This document shows, piece after piece, positions 48,401 through 57,981 of a stretch of 64,000 bases of DNA. The notes beneath the pieces were generated by a model. That model was not told the origin of the DNA. It saw only the letters and a program-made list of their open reading frames with translations, and did no database searches. Every line of letters begins with the position of its first letter. The stretch's first letter is position 1. The DNA is from Schizochytrium sp. TIO01 (taxonomy: Eukaryota; Protista; Bigyra: Labyrinthulomycetes). Location of the stretch: assembly GCA_004764695.1 (NCBI GenBank), contig SMSO01000004.1, positions 1,550,001 to 1,614,000 on the forward strand. Reading direction: 5' to 3'. Both the position numbers and the translations under genes were made by a program.

Positions 48401-51212
48401 GAGTTGATCTCGCAGAATTTACCTCGGCTCTCTCATCTAGACTTTCAATGTCGTCAGCAAGAGAAGGAGGCTCATCTTCCTGGCATTGGTTCGCGTGATC
48501 TTGCTGTTGGTGCTGATTAAGAAATTCTAGCTTGTAAAACTTCGCAGCCACCACCGCCGCGAGGGTTTCCCCAAGTCTGTCACTCTGCTCATAAAGAAGT
48601 CTTGCTAATAGAGCTACACCCAATTTTGATTCCTTATGCGCAGCAATTTGTACAAGACGTTCAGGGTCAGCAGCACGTGCAGCTCGAATAAAGATGGCGC
48701 GCGCGCGGAAGCTTGCCTCGTGAAGACCGATTACTTCACACCACTCGCCTGCAAAACCAATATCTTGCAGGGAGCAATAGTCAAATTCACCGCTGCCTTG
48801 CATACTCCACTGATCAACTGCAGCACAAATCCGTTCACCTTGGCCTTCTAGGGCCTGTTCACATGTGCCCAGCCAAAAGTTGATAGAAGTACTTGCTGAT
48901 TGGTCGTCTTGTACATCTTGCATTGCACGATCACACAATTCAGTAGCCTCAATCAAGCGCTCTTTACGCTCTTCTTCGCTTGCACCTACATCCATGCCAA
49001 TGCTTCGAATTATTAGAGAGCGAGCGTGTTCGATATCGATCATTGCACTCTGGGATATATCCTTACATCGTTCCTGGACATGCTCTAGGAGGGCATTTCC
49101 AAGATTTAAGCAGCCAAGGGACATATAAGCATCAAGCTGTAAACGAATAAGTAGACGCATCCAGGCATCAGCTGATTCGCCATAGACGGTGGTGTCAAGC
49201 AACGTAGACACACAAATGATCTCCTCACCTTGGTTTGAAACAAGTTCTTCAGTACATTTGCAAAACCCCGTCACATCTGGAACCTCATCTTTCGAGATTT
49301 GGTCAGCAATCATACAAGCAAATGACTTACGTGACTCGTGAAGAAGTCCTGCACGCTGTTGACAGACAGCTAAAACATTGTACCTTTCAGCAAGTGAAAC
49401 CTGTGAGACAGCTGCTTCATCTGCATATTCGGTTGACTTTTGCAGAAACGGGACAGCATCAGAATAATCACCCGCGTTGAAGAGTCTGGCACCAACATTG
49501 TACGCGGCATTTGCGAGTGTTCGATAAAGAGACTCATCCAGCTCCGCAATTTCACACATTGCCCCAAGATGCTTTATAGCATTATCCATCCCGTTGCTGC
49601 TTCCTGATTCGCGATCCATCAAAAGGCGGTGACAGGCAATACGAGGTTTCAACAGGCCTTGTGGAGAAACACCAGCTGCAACTTTAAGAAAGGAAACCAA
49701 GACGCTTTGAAGTTGGGCGTTTTTCGTCTTTGCACAGGTTTGCGTGAGATTGACTAATTCTTTCTCGAGGCGGTGCAAAAAGTGCTTGAATGTCAGAGCC
49801 GTGGCATCCTCAGCTGCACATGGACGAACACATGTAGTTAAAGCAGCACAAAGGTCGGGAAATGCAGAAGAGGCAGCTACGTCCTCACTGTGAAGACTTT
49901 CCAATAAGTGTTTGATACATTGCGAAGGCGCTTTTTGTTTAGTCGTAAGGGTCCATTCGATCATTGCCATTAGCAGAGTTATAATGATTTCTGCGCGAAC
50001 ACAGCAGGGGTCAGGTACGTGTTCGAGCCATCTTGCGTACATGTCAAGGGCGCGCTCAACATCGTTCAATTGAAAACAAAGCTTCCGATAAAATTGTATA
50101 TTGCTGATCGATGGATCCTCGGTGCTGATGAGCTCTGCCGTGAATCCTTCGAAGCTGTCGAAGACGTCCAGAATTTCCAGTGCAACTGCTGCGTTTGTCT
50201 TGGAGTCAGGTGTGGGCGACGACTTAGCATATCGATGACACGCAGTAATGAGTTTTTCCGTAATGACAATATCTGAAGCCTTTGCACAGTCTCGCGGAGT
50301 AGAAAAGCACATTCGTAGGTTTTGTAGTGCTTCCACACGCAGACTAAAAGTCATTTCGAAGTTTCGCTTTGCTTCTTGCGCAGCGGCGCCATGGTGATAA
50401 AAAAGCGAAAATTGTGCCTTAGCGAAAGCTACGGATTTATTGGCATCGTGTTTCCCAAGCTCCTGAAGCCAGAAACCTAAATTTGCCCTTGATGCCTTTA
50501 AAGACTCACGGGAAAGTCCCTGTTCAACGAGAGATCGAACACAATTGTAAACAGAGAATGTGATAATACCACAGGCCTTCACCCACAAATCGTCCTCCTC
50601 GTCAATATTTTGGGATGGCCGTAAAGGTTTATAGCACAAAGGTGAATCTGCGTCATCAGGGAATGTCACATAGTCAAGATCTGCAAATGATTTAAACAGC
50701 AGATTAGAGGCCTCAACTGCTGTCTCAAAGCACTTTGCCTCCGCGCATACCCCAACAAGTTTCTGCACCAAGCTTTCCGGAGCCAGCGGATGTTTGAAGG
50801 TAACCTCATCTCTGATTGCCAGCAACATCCGCAAAGCTCTCAGTGCAACTGTCGCGTGAGGGAGGTCTTCTCCTCGACAACTATCGTTTCCAAAGGATGC
50901 TTTCGAGCTGCTCTGTTCTCCCGAGATCGCCTTACAGCAGTTCTGGGCCACCACAGCGAGCAGTGCCCCAAGCTTTGGAGCCTTTGCAACCGCCTGGGCG
51001 CCTTCACCAGCACCAAAGGCCTCCTCTGCCTCTCCAAGGCACTCGTCGAACTCTAACTGCAGCGCTTTTCCATCATTGAAGGACTGTGCAAGCTCTGCAA
51101 TCTTTCCTGCGCTCCACTGTCGTTGATCTCCATGAGCTCCGGCGCTCTTTGAAGGTCCTCCTCCTGCTTGTCGCCCAACACGACCACGGTTCGGGGCCCG
51201 GTTCTCGCTCAT
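45477..51212 (-). CDS. ESP1: Separase (peptidase C50) with inserted SAP domain
   Basis: WW..R..LD..L, LILVLD..LQGIPFE.MP, VSRMPS, Y.IDP.GDL..T, LYCGHGSG (catalytic His), LMGCSSG (catalytic Cys), NLWDVTDKDID, L.GAAP..IG.P; long helical-repeat N-terminus. Confidence 0.95.
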   Translation of the reverse strand: MSENRAPNRGRVGRQAGGGPSKSAGAHGDQRQWSAGKIAELAQSFNDGKALQLEFDECLGEAEEAFGAGEGAQAVAKAPKLGALLAVVAQNCCKAISGEQSSSKASFGNDSCRGEDLPHATVALRALRMLLAIRDEVTFKHPLAPESLVQKLVGVCAEAKCFETAVEASNLLFKSFADLDYVTFPDDADSPLCYKPLRPSQNIDEEDDLWVKACGIITFSVYNCVRSLVEQGLSRESLKASRANLGFWLQELGKHDANKSVAFAKAQFSLFYHHGAAAQEAKRNFEMTFSLRVEALQNLRMCFSTPRDCAKASDIVITEKLITACHRYAKSSPTPDSKTNAAVALEILDVFDSFEGFTAELISTEDPSISNIQFYRKLCFQLNDVERALDMYARWLEHVPDPCCVRAEIIITLLMAMIEWTLTTKQKAPSQCIKHLLESLHSEDVAASSAFPDLCAALTTCVRPCAAEDATALTFKHFLHRLEKELVNLTQTCAKTKNAQLQSVLVSFLKVAAGVSPQGLLKPRIACHRLLMDRESGSSNGMDNAIKHLGAMCEIAELDESLYRTLANAAYNVGARLFNAGDYSDAVPFLQKSTEYADEAAVSQVSLAERYNVLAVCQQRAGLLHESRKSFACMIADQISKDEVPDVTGFCKCTEELVSNQGEEIICVSTLLDTTVYGESADAWMRLLIRLQLDAYMSLGCLNLGNALLEHVQERCKDISQSAMIDIEHARSLIIRSIGMDVGASEEERKERLIEATELCDRAMQDVQDDQSASTSINFWLGTCEQALEGQGERICAAVDQWSMQGSGEFDYCSLQDIGFAGEWCEVIGLHEASFRARAIFIRAARAADPERLVQIAAHKESKLGVALLARLLYEQSDRLGETLAAVVAAKFYKLEFLNQHQQQDHANQCQEDEPPSLADDIESLDERAEVNSARSTHSGGLGEFVCTLETRVTDVMNTLDPEAQSDEYATCAFLLASLSFASTTDSAVVLNTALNALKLRAACQETPAGPLAVTGVNWKHVNDVVDCLELLCEVYVSRGDPRTARYYVERGHALAERVGSDALMNRFQMLKGRIALMCGKPDDAEALLGSLKKEQSGKVGLQLLMCRASVALARHDIDAAAEVVGEAEDAWRAFVDQLETSQHAEDQDEVAIATLGGLDIDETELAARAKASLSKRAARQKHRSRCSVFAEEAKIQILGLQARLALLRGKDPTKWLTQAAEIGEGNPTLEREVCRSNIALGQAYLAKNKWSQGLTVLQDALYSAQRVDASPETGRALFRGLSVAMTKTRASNAVASADWQVAALMHASFGLALSLERTRLWTDKPCHVLHSPWDNVIDAGAHLKQICSKDLPDDMAVCSVTALDELELLCVSRLTRSRNPLTLILPLQQHEEDLAKKMRALVEAAEQTTRGTTADSTAGWDRTRKRQWWDDRQRLDKELQDLLSNVETAWLGPAAVTLLAPTASALGIDTKEVDAEAAAAFKGLGLKKSDVTSAEMEIFNVLTLAVSAGMHNAVSDTLEHAVEVLLSKPLGLKTRDHLNLVECVRQAGNRLTGSYDNELLDEEEVVDASSRSSSGCSSQDELVKSSSQQRVKLNKNPNEMKVVELRAALAERNLRTSGLKKELIARLEAYEEEMDAMESDGESDSGCESGQQEGLPKEQVGSKTTVASNEIVKVQGSLILVLDEMLQGIPFEAMPCIHTRCVSRMPSFAFIAERLSSIGRKISLRGAEYMIDPRGDLNSTAKAMQPFLDSVTKGLGWKGTCGRLKTPSEGSALLKRALSEAPVFLYCGHGSGEELLSREQLAQLNACATTLLMGCSSGKLRSQGIFEPAGVVLAYMLAGSLAVVANLWDVTDKDIDRFTLSMLEAWMGKKRSLPEAVQDARAACKLPFLVGAAPICIGMPVSSTTAKTIK

Positions 51213-51762
51213 TGCGGCGTGTAACGTCCCTTAAAGGCAGCGTGCGAATCTACGTGTCCCGGCACGCGTGGCCGGGCCAGTGTCTCCGCGGAGCGAGATC
51301 TACTTGAGCGATTTCCCGATTTGATTAGCTTTTCTCACTCTACCTACTTTGTCAATTCAAATGATTTGATTTCTTCTTCGTTTTGCGGGTAGTTAGCTTT
51401 GATCAATTTTGAACTTCAAAACTGAGAGGCCTAGCGTTTATATTATCCCTATATAGGACTCGAGTTGAATTTTTATTTACTTAATTCTAATTTCAGAAAC
51501 TACTAGTACAAGACGTAGGTATTTACTATGTAGCTCGAGTTTTCAAAGTTCGAAATTGAAATGAATAACTGTTTCTTTTCTTTCTCACCACATGAGGATC
51601 ATATTAATCAAAATAATATTTTAGACTAAAAAACGAAAGTTTGTTTGGGTAGAATGAATGACACGGAATAAACGAAAGAATGAATGATTTTCTTAAGGTT
51701 TGACTCAGAAGAGCAACAGAATAATGCAAAACCGAAACAGAAACCCACGGTGGTTTGGAGTG

Positions 51763-52245
51763 ATGGGCCGCGGCACAGAGACTCTGCGGGCGCTGGAGAA
51801 GGTCCGTGAGACGCACAAGGATGTGGTTTTAGCGCGGAAGAGGGAACAGCCGACTGCAACTACGTGGCAGGGCTCTGTGGTTGACTTAGAGGGCCTCACA
51901 GTGGCGGACCTTGGGGCTCTGGAGGCCGTTGCATCTTCTTTAGGTCAACAACAGACTTCGGAAAATCTGAGTTCTGTGGAGTCGTCGCATTCTATAGAGA
52001 ATTGGGAAGAAGGTAAAGAGCTAGTAGCAGAACTTGAAAGGGGGAATAAGGAAATGCTTGAGGGGCAAGAGAGGACTTTGAGAGCGTGCGCGGAGCTGGC
52101 GACGGTCGCAGAAAGAGATATACTGCTGTGGACAAGAACTGCAGACTTGGCACCAAAATCCAGCGAGACTGGGTTTCGTGCGATAAGTTTTGAGTCAGCC
52201 TTTGACGATGCGATGCAACAACTGCAGGCTGTTGGCATGCAGTGA
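51763..52245 (+). CDS. Hypothetical helical/coiled-coil protein (~160 aa), divergent from separase
   Basis: ATG at 51763 (MGRGTETLR...), at the transition from AT-rich to coding-like composition; no family recognised. Confidence 0.6.
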   Translation: MGRGTETLRALEKVRETHKDVVLARKREQPTATTWQGSVVDLEGLTVADLGALEAVASSLGQQQTSENLSSVESSHSIENWEEGKELVAELERGNKEMLEGQERTLRACAELATVAERDILLWTRTADLAPKSSETGFRAISFESAFDDAMQQLQAVGMQ

Positions 52246-52965
52246 GCATATATAGATTTGTTTCGACGAAATTGACTGCTAGGAATAGTTGGTCTGGCGC
52301 GAATATGGCTTAATTCAACTGATTGGAGCTTAATTTCATATTGGGTTGGCTTGGCCGCATGACATTGTTTTCGCATTAGCTGTTTAATGTGAGGGTTATA
52401 TCTCTGTATCCTCAATACATGCGGACCATGAAAATGCTAGTGCCAATTCGCTTATGCAAACGGCAATTTGAGGAGCTTAACACTAGAAGCAACCTTCGAG
52501 AGGTATATTGCCGCGTTACGTTAAGGCAATGTGAATTGATGACTTCAGTCCAGTCAACATTCAATATTGAGGCCTCAAATATGCATATGTCTAATGTGTA
52601 AAATATGAGGCAATAATGACCAAAACTAGAAACTAGATGAACAAGTTGAGGGGTGCAACATCCCCGTTTATAGAAATCACGTAAGGAGTTTTAACAGCAA
52701 GCAGACACATGTATACAAAAGACATAACTAGTTAAACAAGTTAGTAAGATAAATGAATTGAAATAATAGTGCTTTGTTGGTGTATGATTCTGAAAAGGCT
52801 AGCATGTTTGCTAACCTTGATGCGAAAGTTCAAAATTGGAGCAGACGACTTCGTCCTGAAGCTTTTCCTGCATGTAGTTCACAACAAGCTGATCAGACAA
52901 GCCAGAGACAATCTATGTCTTACTTTGCGCATCTGATGTCATGAAAGTCAACAATATCTACATGT

Positions 52966-55683
52966 TCATCCGCATTGCGCAGCTTTTCTTGCAATGCGGT
53001 AATCCACGGGAAAGTACCATTCTTGCAGCAAAGTCATGATAAGAAGAGCCACGACATGGCAGCTCAACACTTTGAAAATAAAGATGAGAAAGAGTGGGGT
53101 ATCATGAATGGAATGGAAATCGTTCGAGTTTTGCAAGCTGAAGACTACAAATCGTATGGCCTGTGTCAACGTCCAGAGCGAAAACATAGAAGTAGCGCAA
53201 CCAGTCTTGTCCGAGTCATGATAGCCAAAGTATCGCAGGACATAGTTCCGTCCATTGTGGTCAGCTGGCGAGGGGTCCCAGATGAAAATAGCCTCGAGGA
53301 AAAACCGGACATAACTGAATGAGCAAAGCAACTCTACTGCAGGTGCAATATTGATTCTGCCAAACAAAACAGAGTCAGTTTTGATTTGGTGTTGATTAGG
53401 AGTGAAGAACGCAAAAACATGGCAAGCAATCAGCATTGCAACTGAGCCGATGTAAGATACAGTTGTTGAATGGTTCGCGAAAACACAGATAGCTTTGCTT
53501 ATCGACTGAGAGGTCAAGTAGTTTAGGTGCAAAAGGTGAGCAAATTCATAATACTTTTGCAGCCGAACCCAATAGGTGAGATCAAACGGACTTGTGTCTG
53601 GAGGTCTAGCTGGCGGCTTGTCTATAACCCAAACGCCAGAGCGGGCCCAGAGGCCAAGGAAGTAGAAAATCGAGTAGAAGTGACAAACAACCCATCCCCA
53701 CAAAAGTGACTCAGCAAGTACCGCAAATTCGTGAGCGCCCAAGAGCATACCAGCAGAGGCCGCGCGTTGTGCAGAAGCTACATCATCATTGAATACTGCA
53801 CCAGCCATTCCTAACAGACCAATTGAAATACTTAGGAAAAGGTTTGACACAGCTCGCCGATTCCAAGAAGTGTTAAAGCTGCGCACAAAGGAGACCACTA
53901 GAGCAAGAGATGCAATAGATGCCATCTCGACAGCCACCCCACGCCGCCATTTTAACACGAAGATATTGCGCCAAAACCACAGCTGGAACTGGCGCTTTAA
54001 CCCAGGTTTTGGGCGTTGTTGAGTGGAAGGCAACCGCGCATCGTGATGATCCCAAAATGCACAATATCCAGCTGTACTTTCTTCGTCGCATAGAAACTCG
54101 AAAAGAGCTGATAGAAGTGTTGGCGACGACTCTGCATCTAGGTTCTGTATAGAACCTTTGTTCACTAGGGCAAGCTGTTCTGTAGAAAGCGCAAGGCACT
54201 CTGAGCGCCAACTTAGGACGAAATCTTCGAGCCGCTTCCTGTCTTCACTATGTAAAAGAACAATGTCATTATGATAGTCTGTCTTCGCAGCGACACAACG
54301 ATCGATGTCCTCCTCGTAGCGGTCCCTGGCCATGCGTTTTTCTATACTATCCCAATTACCCCGTTGTTTTGCAAATTCGCGAAAGAGAACAGGCAGAAGG
54401 GGGTGACGCAAATGATCCTCACGAGATATACACATCTCTTCATTGTACTCAACACAAAGTTCGTTCAAAGGAATGGCAAGGTTTGGAGGGCGAATGGGGC
54501 GTTCTAATCTTGCTGCAACATCTAAAATAAATTCCGCAGGTGGTTCTGCAAATCCAGCCTCTACGTCACTGGCATTTGCACCCTGAACAGCATAACCCAT
54601 TTCATGCAAAAATGGTAAAATGTCTTTTCGAGGGCCTAGATAGGCAGCCTCGCCATCTTGCATAAGAACAAGATCATCTAACAAGCTAAAAACACGAGCA
54701 GACGGCTGATGAATCACTGTCACAACAGAGACGCCACGATCTGCTACACGTTTCAGCATACTCATAAGACGAAAAGTTCCTGCGCTATCAAGACCAGATG
54801 TAGGTTCGTCCATAATTAAAACAGCGGGCTTGGCCACGAGCTCCATACCTATACTTACTCGCTTTCTCTCTCCACCGCTGATACCTCGTTTGCTTACGCC
54901 ACCCACTCTCCGATCACGTATTTTGACAAGATCTAGAGTTTCCATGACGTCCTCAACCCGTTTCATACGCTCTTCGTCGCTCATATCTCTTGGTAAACGC
55001 CACCCTGCGCTGAACATCAACGTTTCTTCCACGGATAAATCTGGGCATAACACGTCATCTTGTGGTACAAAGCCAACGCGGTCTAGAAAGGCTTCAAGAT
55101 TCCGTGGCCGTCCATTTAAATACAAGCTTCCATGTGTGCCGCCAGTACAATAGCGTTTGCCACGCCCAAGTAAACCCCAGGATAAAGTTGTTTTGCCGGA
55201 ACCGGTTGGACCCATTATGCCGGTGAGTTTCCCTGGCTGCACTTGGCCAGACACGTTTGCGAGGATCGTATGGTCAACGCCATTGATGGAGCAGCCAATG
55301 TTGTCAAAAGCAATGTGCAGGGCGTTTGATTGATTTTCCCAGTAGAAGTCCAACATTTGGTGTCGCTGCGGGCCCTCGTAATACTCATCCGCAGAAAGTT
55401 GTACGCCCACGGTGCTTAAGCAAGACCCCAGGAATAGAAAGAGGATTAGACGTCGGGTCGGGTACAGATTTTCGGGATTTTCGGGTCTTAGAAACCGTCT
55501 AAACGGATCAAGACCATTTTCGTCGTAGTATTGCCATGTGTTATCGCCAGTGCCTTCCGCGCCATCTGAGGAACTGTCATCCCCCAAATCTACGGACTCG
55601 TCCTCCTCACTGTGACGTCTTCGGTGGCGAAGCCCGTCATGATGATGCTGCTTATCATGAGGTTCATACGGAACAGTTCTCAT
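52966..55683 (-). CDS. ABCG (White-like) half transporter, NBD before TMD, with an extra hydrophobic segment N-terminal to the NBD
   Basis: GPTGSGKT, GFVPQDD, LSVEETL.FSA..RLP, RGISGGERKRVSIG.EL, LIMDEPTSGLD, VIHQPS; hydrophobic C-terminal region. Confidence 0.92.
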   Translation of the reverse strand: MRTVPYEPHDKQHHHDGLRHRRRHSEEDESVDLGDDSSSDGAEGTGDNTWQYYDENGLDPFRRFLRPENPENLYPTRRLILFLFLGSCLSTVGVQLSADEYYEGPQRHQMLDFYWENQSNALHIAFDNIGCSINGVDHTILANVSGQVQPGKLTGIMGPTGSGKTTLSWGLLGRGKRYCTGGTHGSLYLNGRPRNLEAFLDRVGFVPQDDVLCPDLSVEETLMFSAGWRLPRDMSDEERMKRVEDVMETLDLVKIRDRRVGGVSKRGISGGERKRVSIGMELVAKPAVLIMDEPTSGLDSAGTFRLMSMLKRVADRGVSVVTVIHQPSARVFSLLDDLVLMQDGEAAYLGPRKDILPFLHEMGYAVQGANASDVEAGFAEPPAEFILDVAARLERPIRPPNLAIPLNELCVEYNEEMCISREDHLRHPLLPVLFREFAKQRGNWDSIEKRMARDRYEEDIDRCVAAKTDYHNDIVLLHSEDRKRLEDFVLSWRSECLALSTEQLALVNKGSIQNLDAESSPTLLSALFEFLCDEESTAGYCAFWDHHDARLPSTQQRPKPGLKRQFQLWFWRNIFVLKWRRGVAVEMASIASLALVVSFVRSFNTSWNRRAVSNLFLSISIGLLGMAGAVFNDDVASAQRAASAGMLLGAHEFAVLAESLLWGWVVCHFYSIFYFLGLWARSGVWVIDKPPARPPDTSPFDLTYWVRLQKYYEFAHLLHLNYLTSQSISKAICVFANHSTTVSYIGSVAMLIACHVFAFFTPNQHQIKTDSVLFGRINIAPAVELLCSFSYVRFFLEAIFIWDPSPADHNGRNYVLRYFGYHDSDKTGCATSMFSLWTLTQAIRFVVFSLQNSNDFHSIHDTPLFLIFIFKVLSCHVVALLIMTLLQEWYFPVDYRIARKAAQCG

Positions 55684-57981
55684 CTTGCAATAATATGTCG
55701 ATTAGGGCTTGTGTCTTTCGTACCCAAATTTTCTATGTTCCCTCTCGACACTAACTTCGCTAAATAAAAATCGCCGGCTCTACACTAGCTCAAGGTTTTT
55801 AAAGCACAGTTCCACAGTGTAGACAAGATCCAATGTCTCTAAATTCGAGGTGTTGCTGGGAAGAGAATTCTAATTTTCAAAAGCTCACGACGATGTTCGC
55901 GTCAACGAGGTCCTGGATGCCCGCGCAATCTGTCGATCCGCTAGGTCCTGGCGCCGGCGCCTGCAGCGAGGCGAGCAGCCGCGGCCCGCCTCGCCCAGGG
56001 CGACCCGACTGATATAGCGACCGAACAACCGGTCCGAGGCGGCAGCTCTCCGCCACGGTTTAATCCGTACGGGATTTGTACGCTGTTGACTTAAGCCACC
56101 AAATGTTTGGAGATTTCGATCGCTCACTCACCCATTCTGTACTACTAATAGTCTTATTCATATCTTCTTGTTATTCATTAACAACTAACTAGAACATAGT
56201 CGCAACAGGTAGTAGTAAATGCATGACAAGTCCCTTCTGAAATCTAATATATTGGTACACAGGAAAAAACACGAATCATCTGGCACCAGACCGCTTTTGA
56301 ATACGTTAATAAGTTATGCTCAGCTTTTTGGTTAAAATCCAGGCTGTTTCTTATGGGACACATCCGAATTGAGCAGGGGAGATCCATGTTTTAGATATTT
56401 ACTTGCGGTTCAATCTTTGCGATGAAATGAATGAAGCAAAGTGCCAGTATTCGGACCATAGCTGAGATTACACGATATGCCTATTAATTTCTTTAAAGAA
56501 TACAACCTTAGTTTCCTTACCCTATCTTCTCCAAGATAGCCTCATAGCTCTCTTGAGGCATCAACGAGTTTGAGAGCAAAAATGGGTTTACGCTCTTTGT
56601 GATCCTTCTAAGCAATTAGGTGCAGATTGTAACAGGCATTCAGTGTTGTCTCTTCAAAGTCATCTGTAACAAAGTGTATATATCTTATAGAAAATCTTCC
56701 ACCTGTAGCAAGTAACCCTACAAAACAGTAAATTTTAGATGATGACCTGCAAGATGGAGTTGATTTCGATGACGCTAATCCTGGGCTAATTTCCGAGGAT
56801 TTTCGAACTTAGGCCCCTCCTTCCAGTTTTTAGATAATCATGTGTAAATATGTTGATAGAAGAAGAAGATGAAGTGGCAACACATTTCGGCTAACTTTGC
56901 TTACTCATTTATTACAGTCATAAAGAGTTTAAGCTTTATGACAACTTCGCGCCCACCTTTATCTCTTTTAAAGGAAAACGCAAAGACTTTTCCTTTTCGA
57001 TACCAGCGCCAATAAAATCTAGGAGTCTTAATATTGGATACAATGGTCTCTTACGTAAGTGATAATGACGCTGAGCAAATCTAAAAGGTGCATAAATAGA
57101 AAGCGTCCATTCACTATAAATCAGTGAATTAGGTGTTTAACGAAACCCATAGATCTGTGATCAGCATAAAGAATCTCCCAGAAATTGTTCGGTATCCTTT
57201 CCGACACATATTCAACAAACAGTCAGTAACAGCATACTCCACGGATGCTCGTGCATTCTCAAGTATCTCAATTCTGTGAATTCCTACTTGGGTGACCGGA
57301 ACATTTAATGAGTTCTTATGTCTAACGACTTTTGCTGTTTTTTTTAATGTCCTGCTCACTGGGACTGTACAAACATCATCAGAAATCCAGAGTCCCAGAT
57401 GCAATTTCACAATCTGTTTCGCTCTCGAAAGCTGATTCGACAAGGCAAGCATCGAAATTTGGTCTAAGGTCAATGTTTTAATGCGGTTGCTAAAGGCGAC
57501 TTGTTCTCTTTTTCTTTTCTTTTCCAATTTTAAGAAGGCTGAGAAAAGTTGATTTCGAATCAAGCATATTCCATTTTTCCCCTATTTTTTTCATCCAAAA
57601 AACGAAAAAAAAAAAAACAGTGTTTTTAAGCACATTATGGATCCAAATCCACATTTTGGCGCCACACGGAGGTGGGTTCGGGACTTTCGTTTGATTGTTC
57701 GCTTGTGTATGAGAGTTTACTCCTTTTGCAAGGGAATGGAGCACCGCTGAATGTGCAGAAAAGCCAACATTCTTTTAAGTTGAGGCGTCGTCGTCTGAAT
57801 CTCAGCGAACCAGGATTGTTTTAGCGCAATTCAAGCAAGCTGTTTCGGACAAGACGCGAAGTTTGCGGGCTACATTCAAGGGTGGCAGAAGCTCCCAAGC
57901 TTCTGACAGTGTGCCCCATAACAATCATCAAAATCCTTGGAGCGCAAACTAAAGAATCCCGTGGGTCAGAAGGCCACAACG

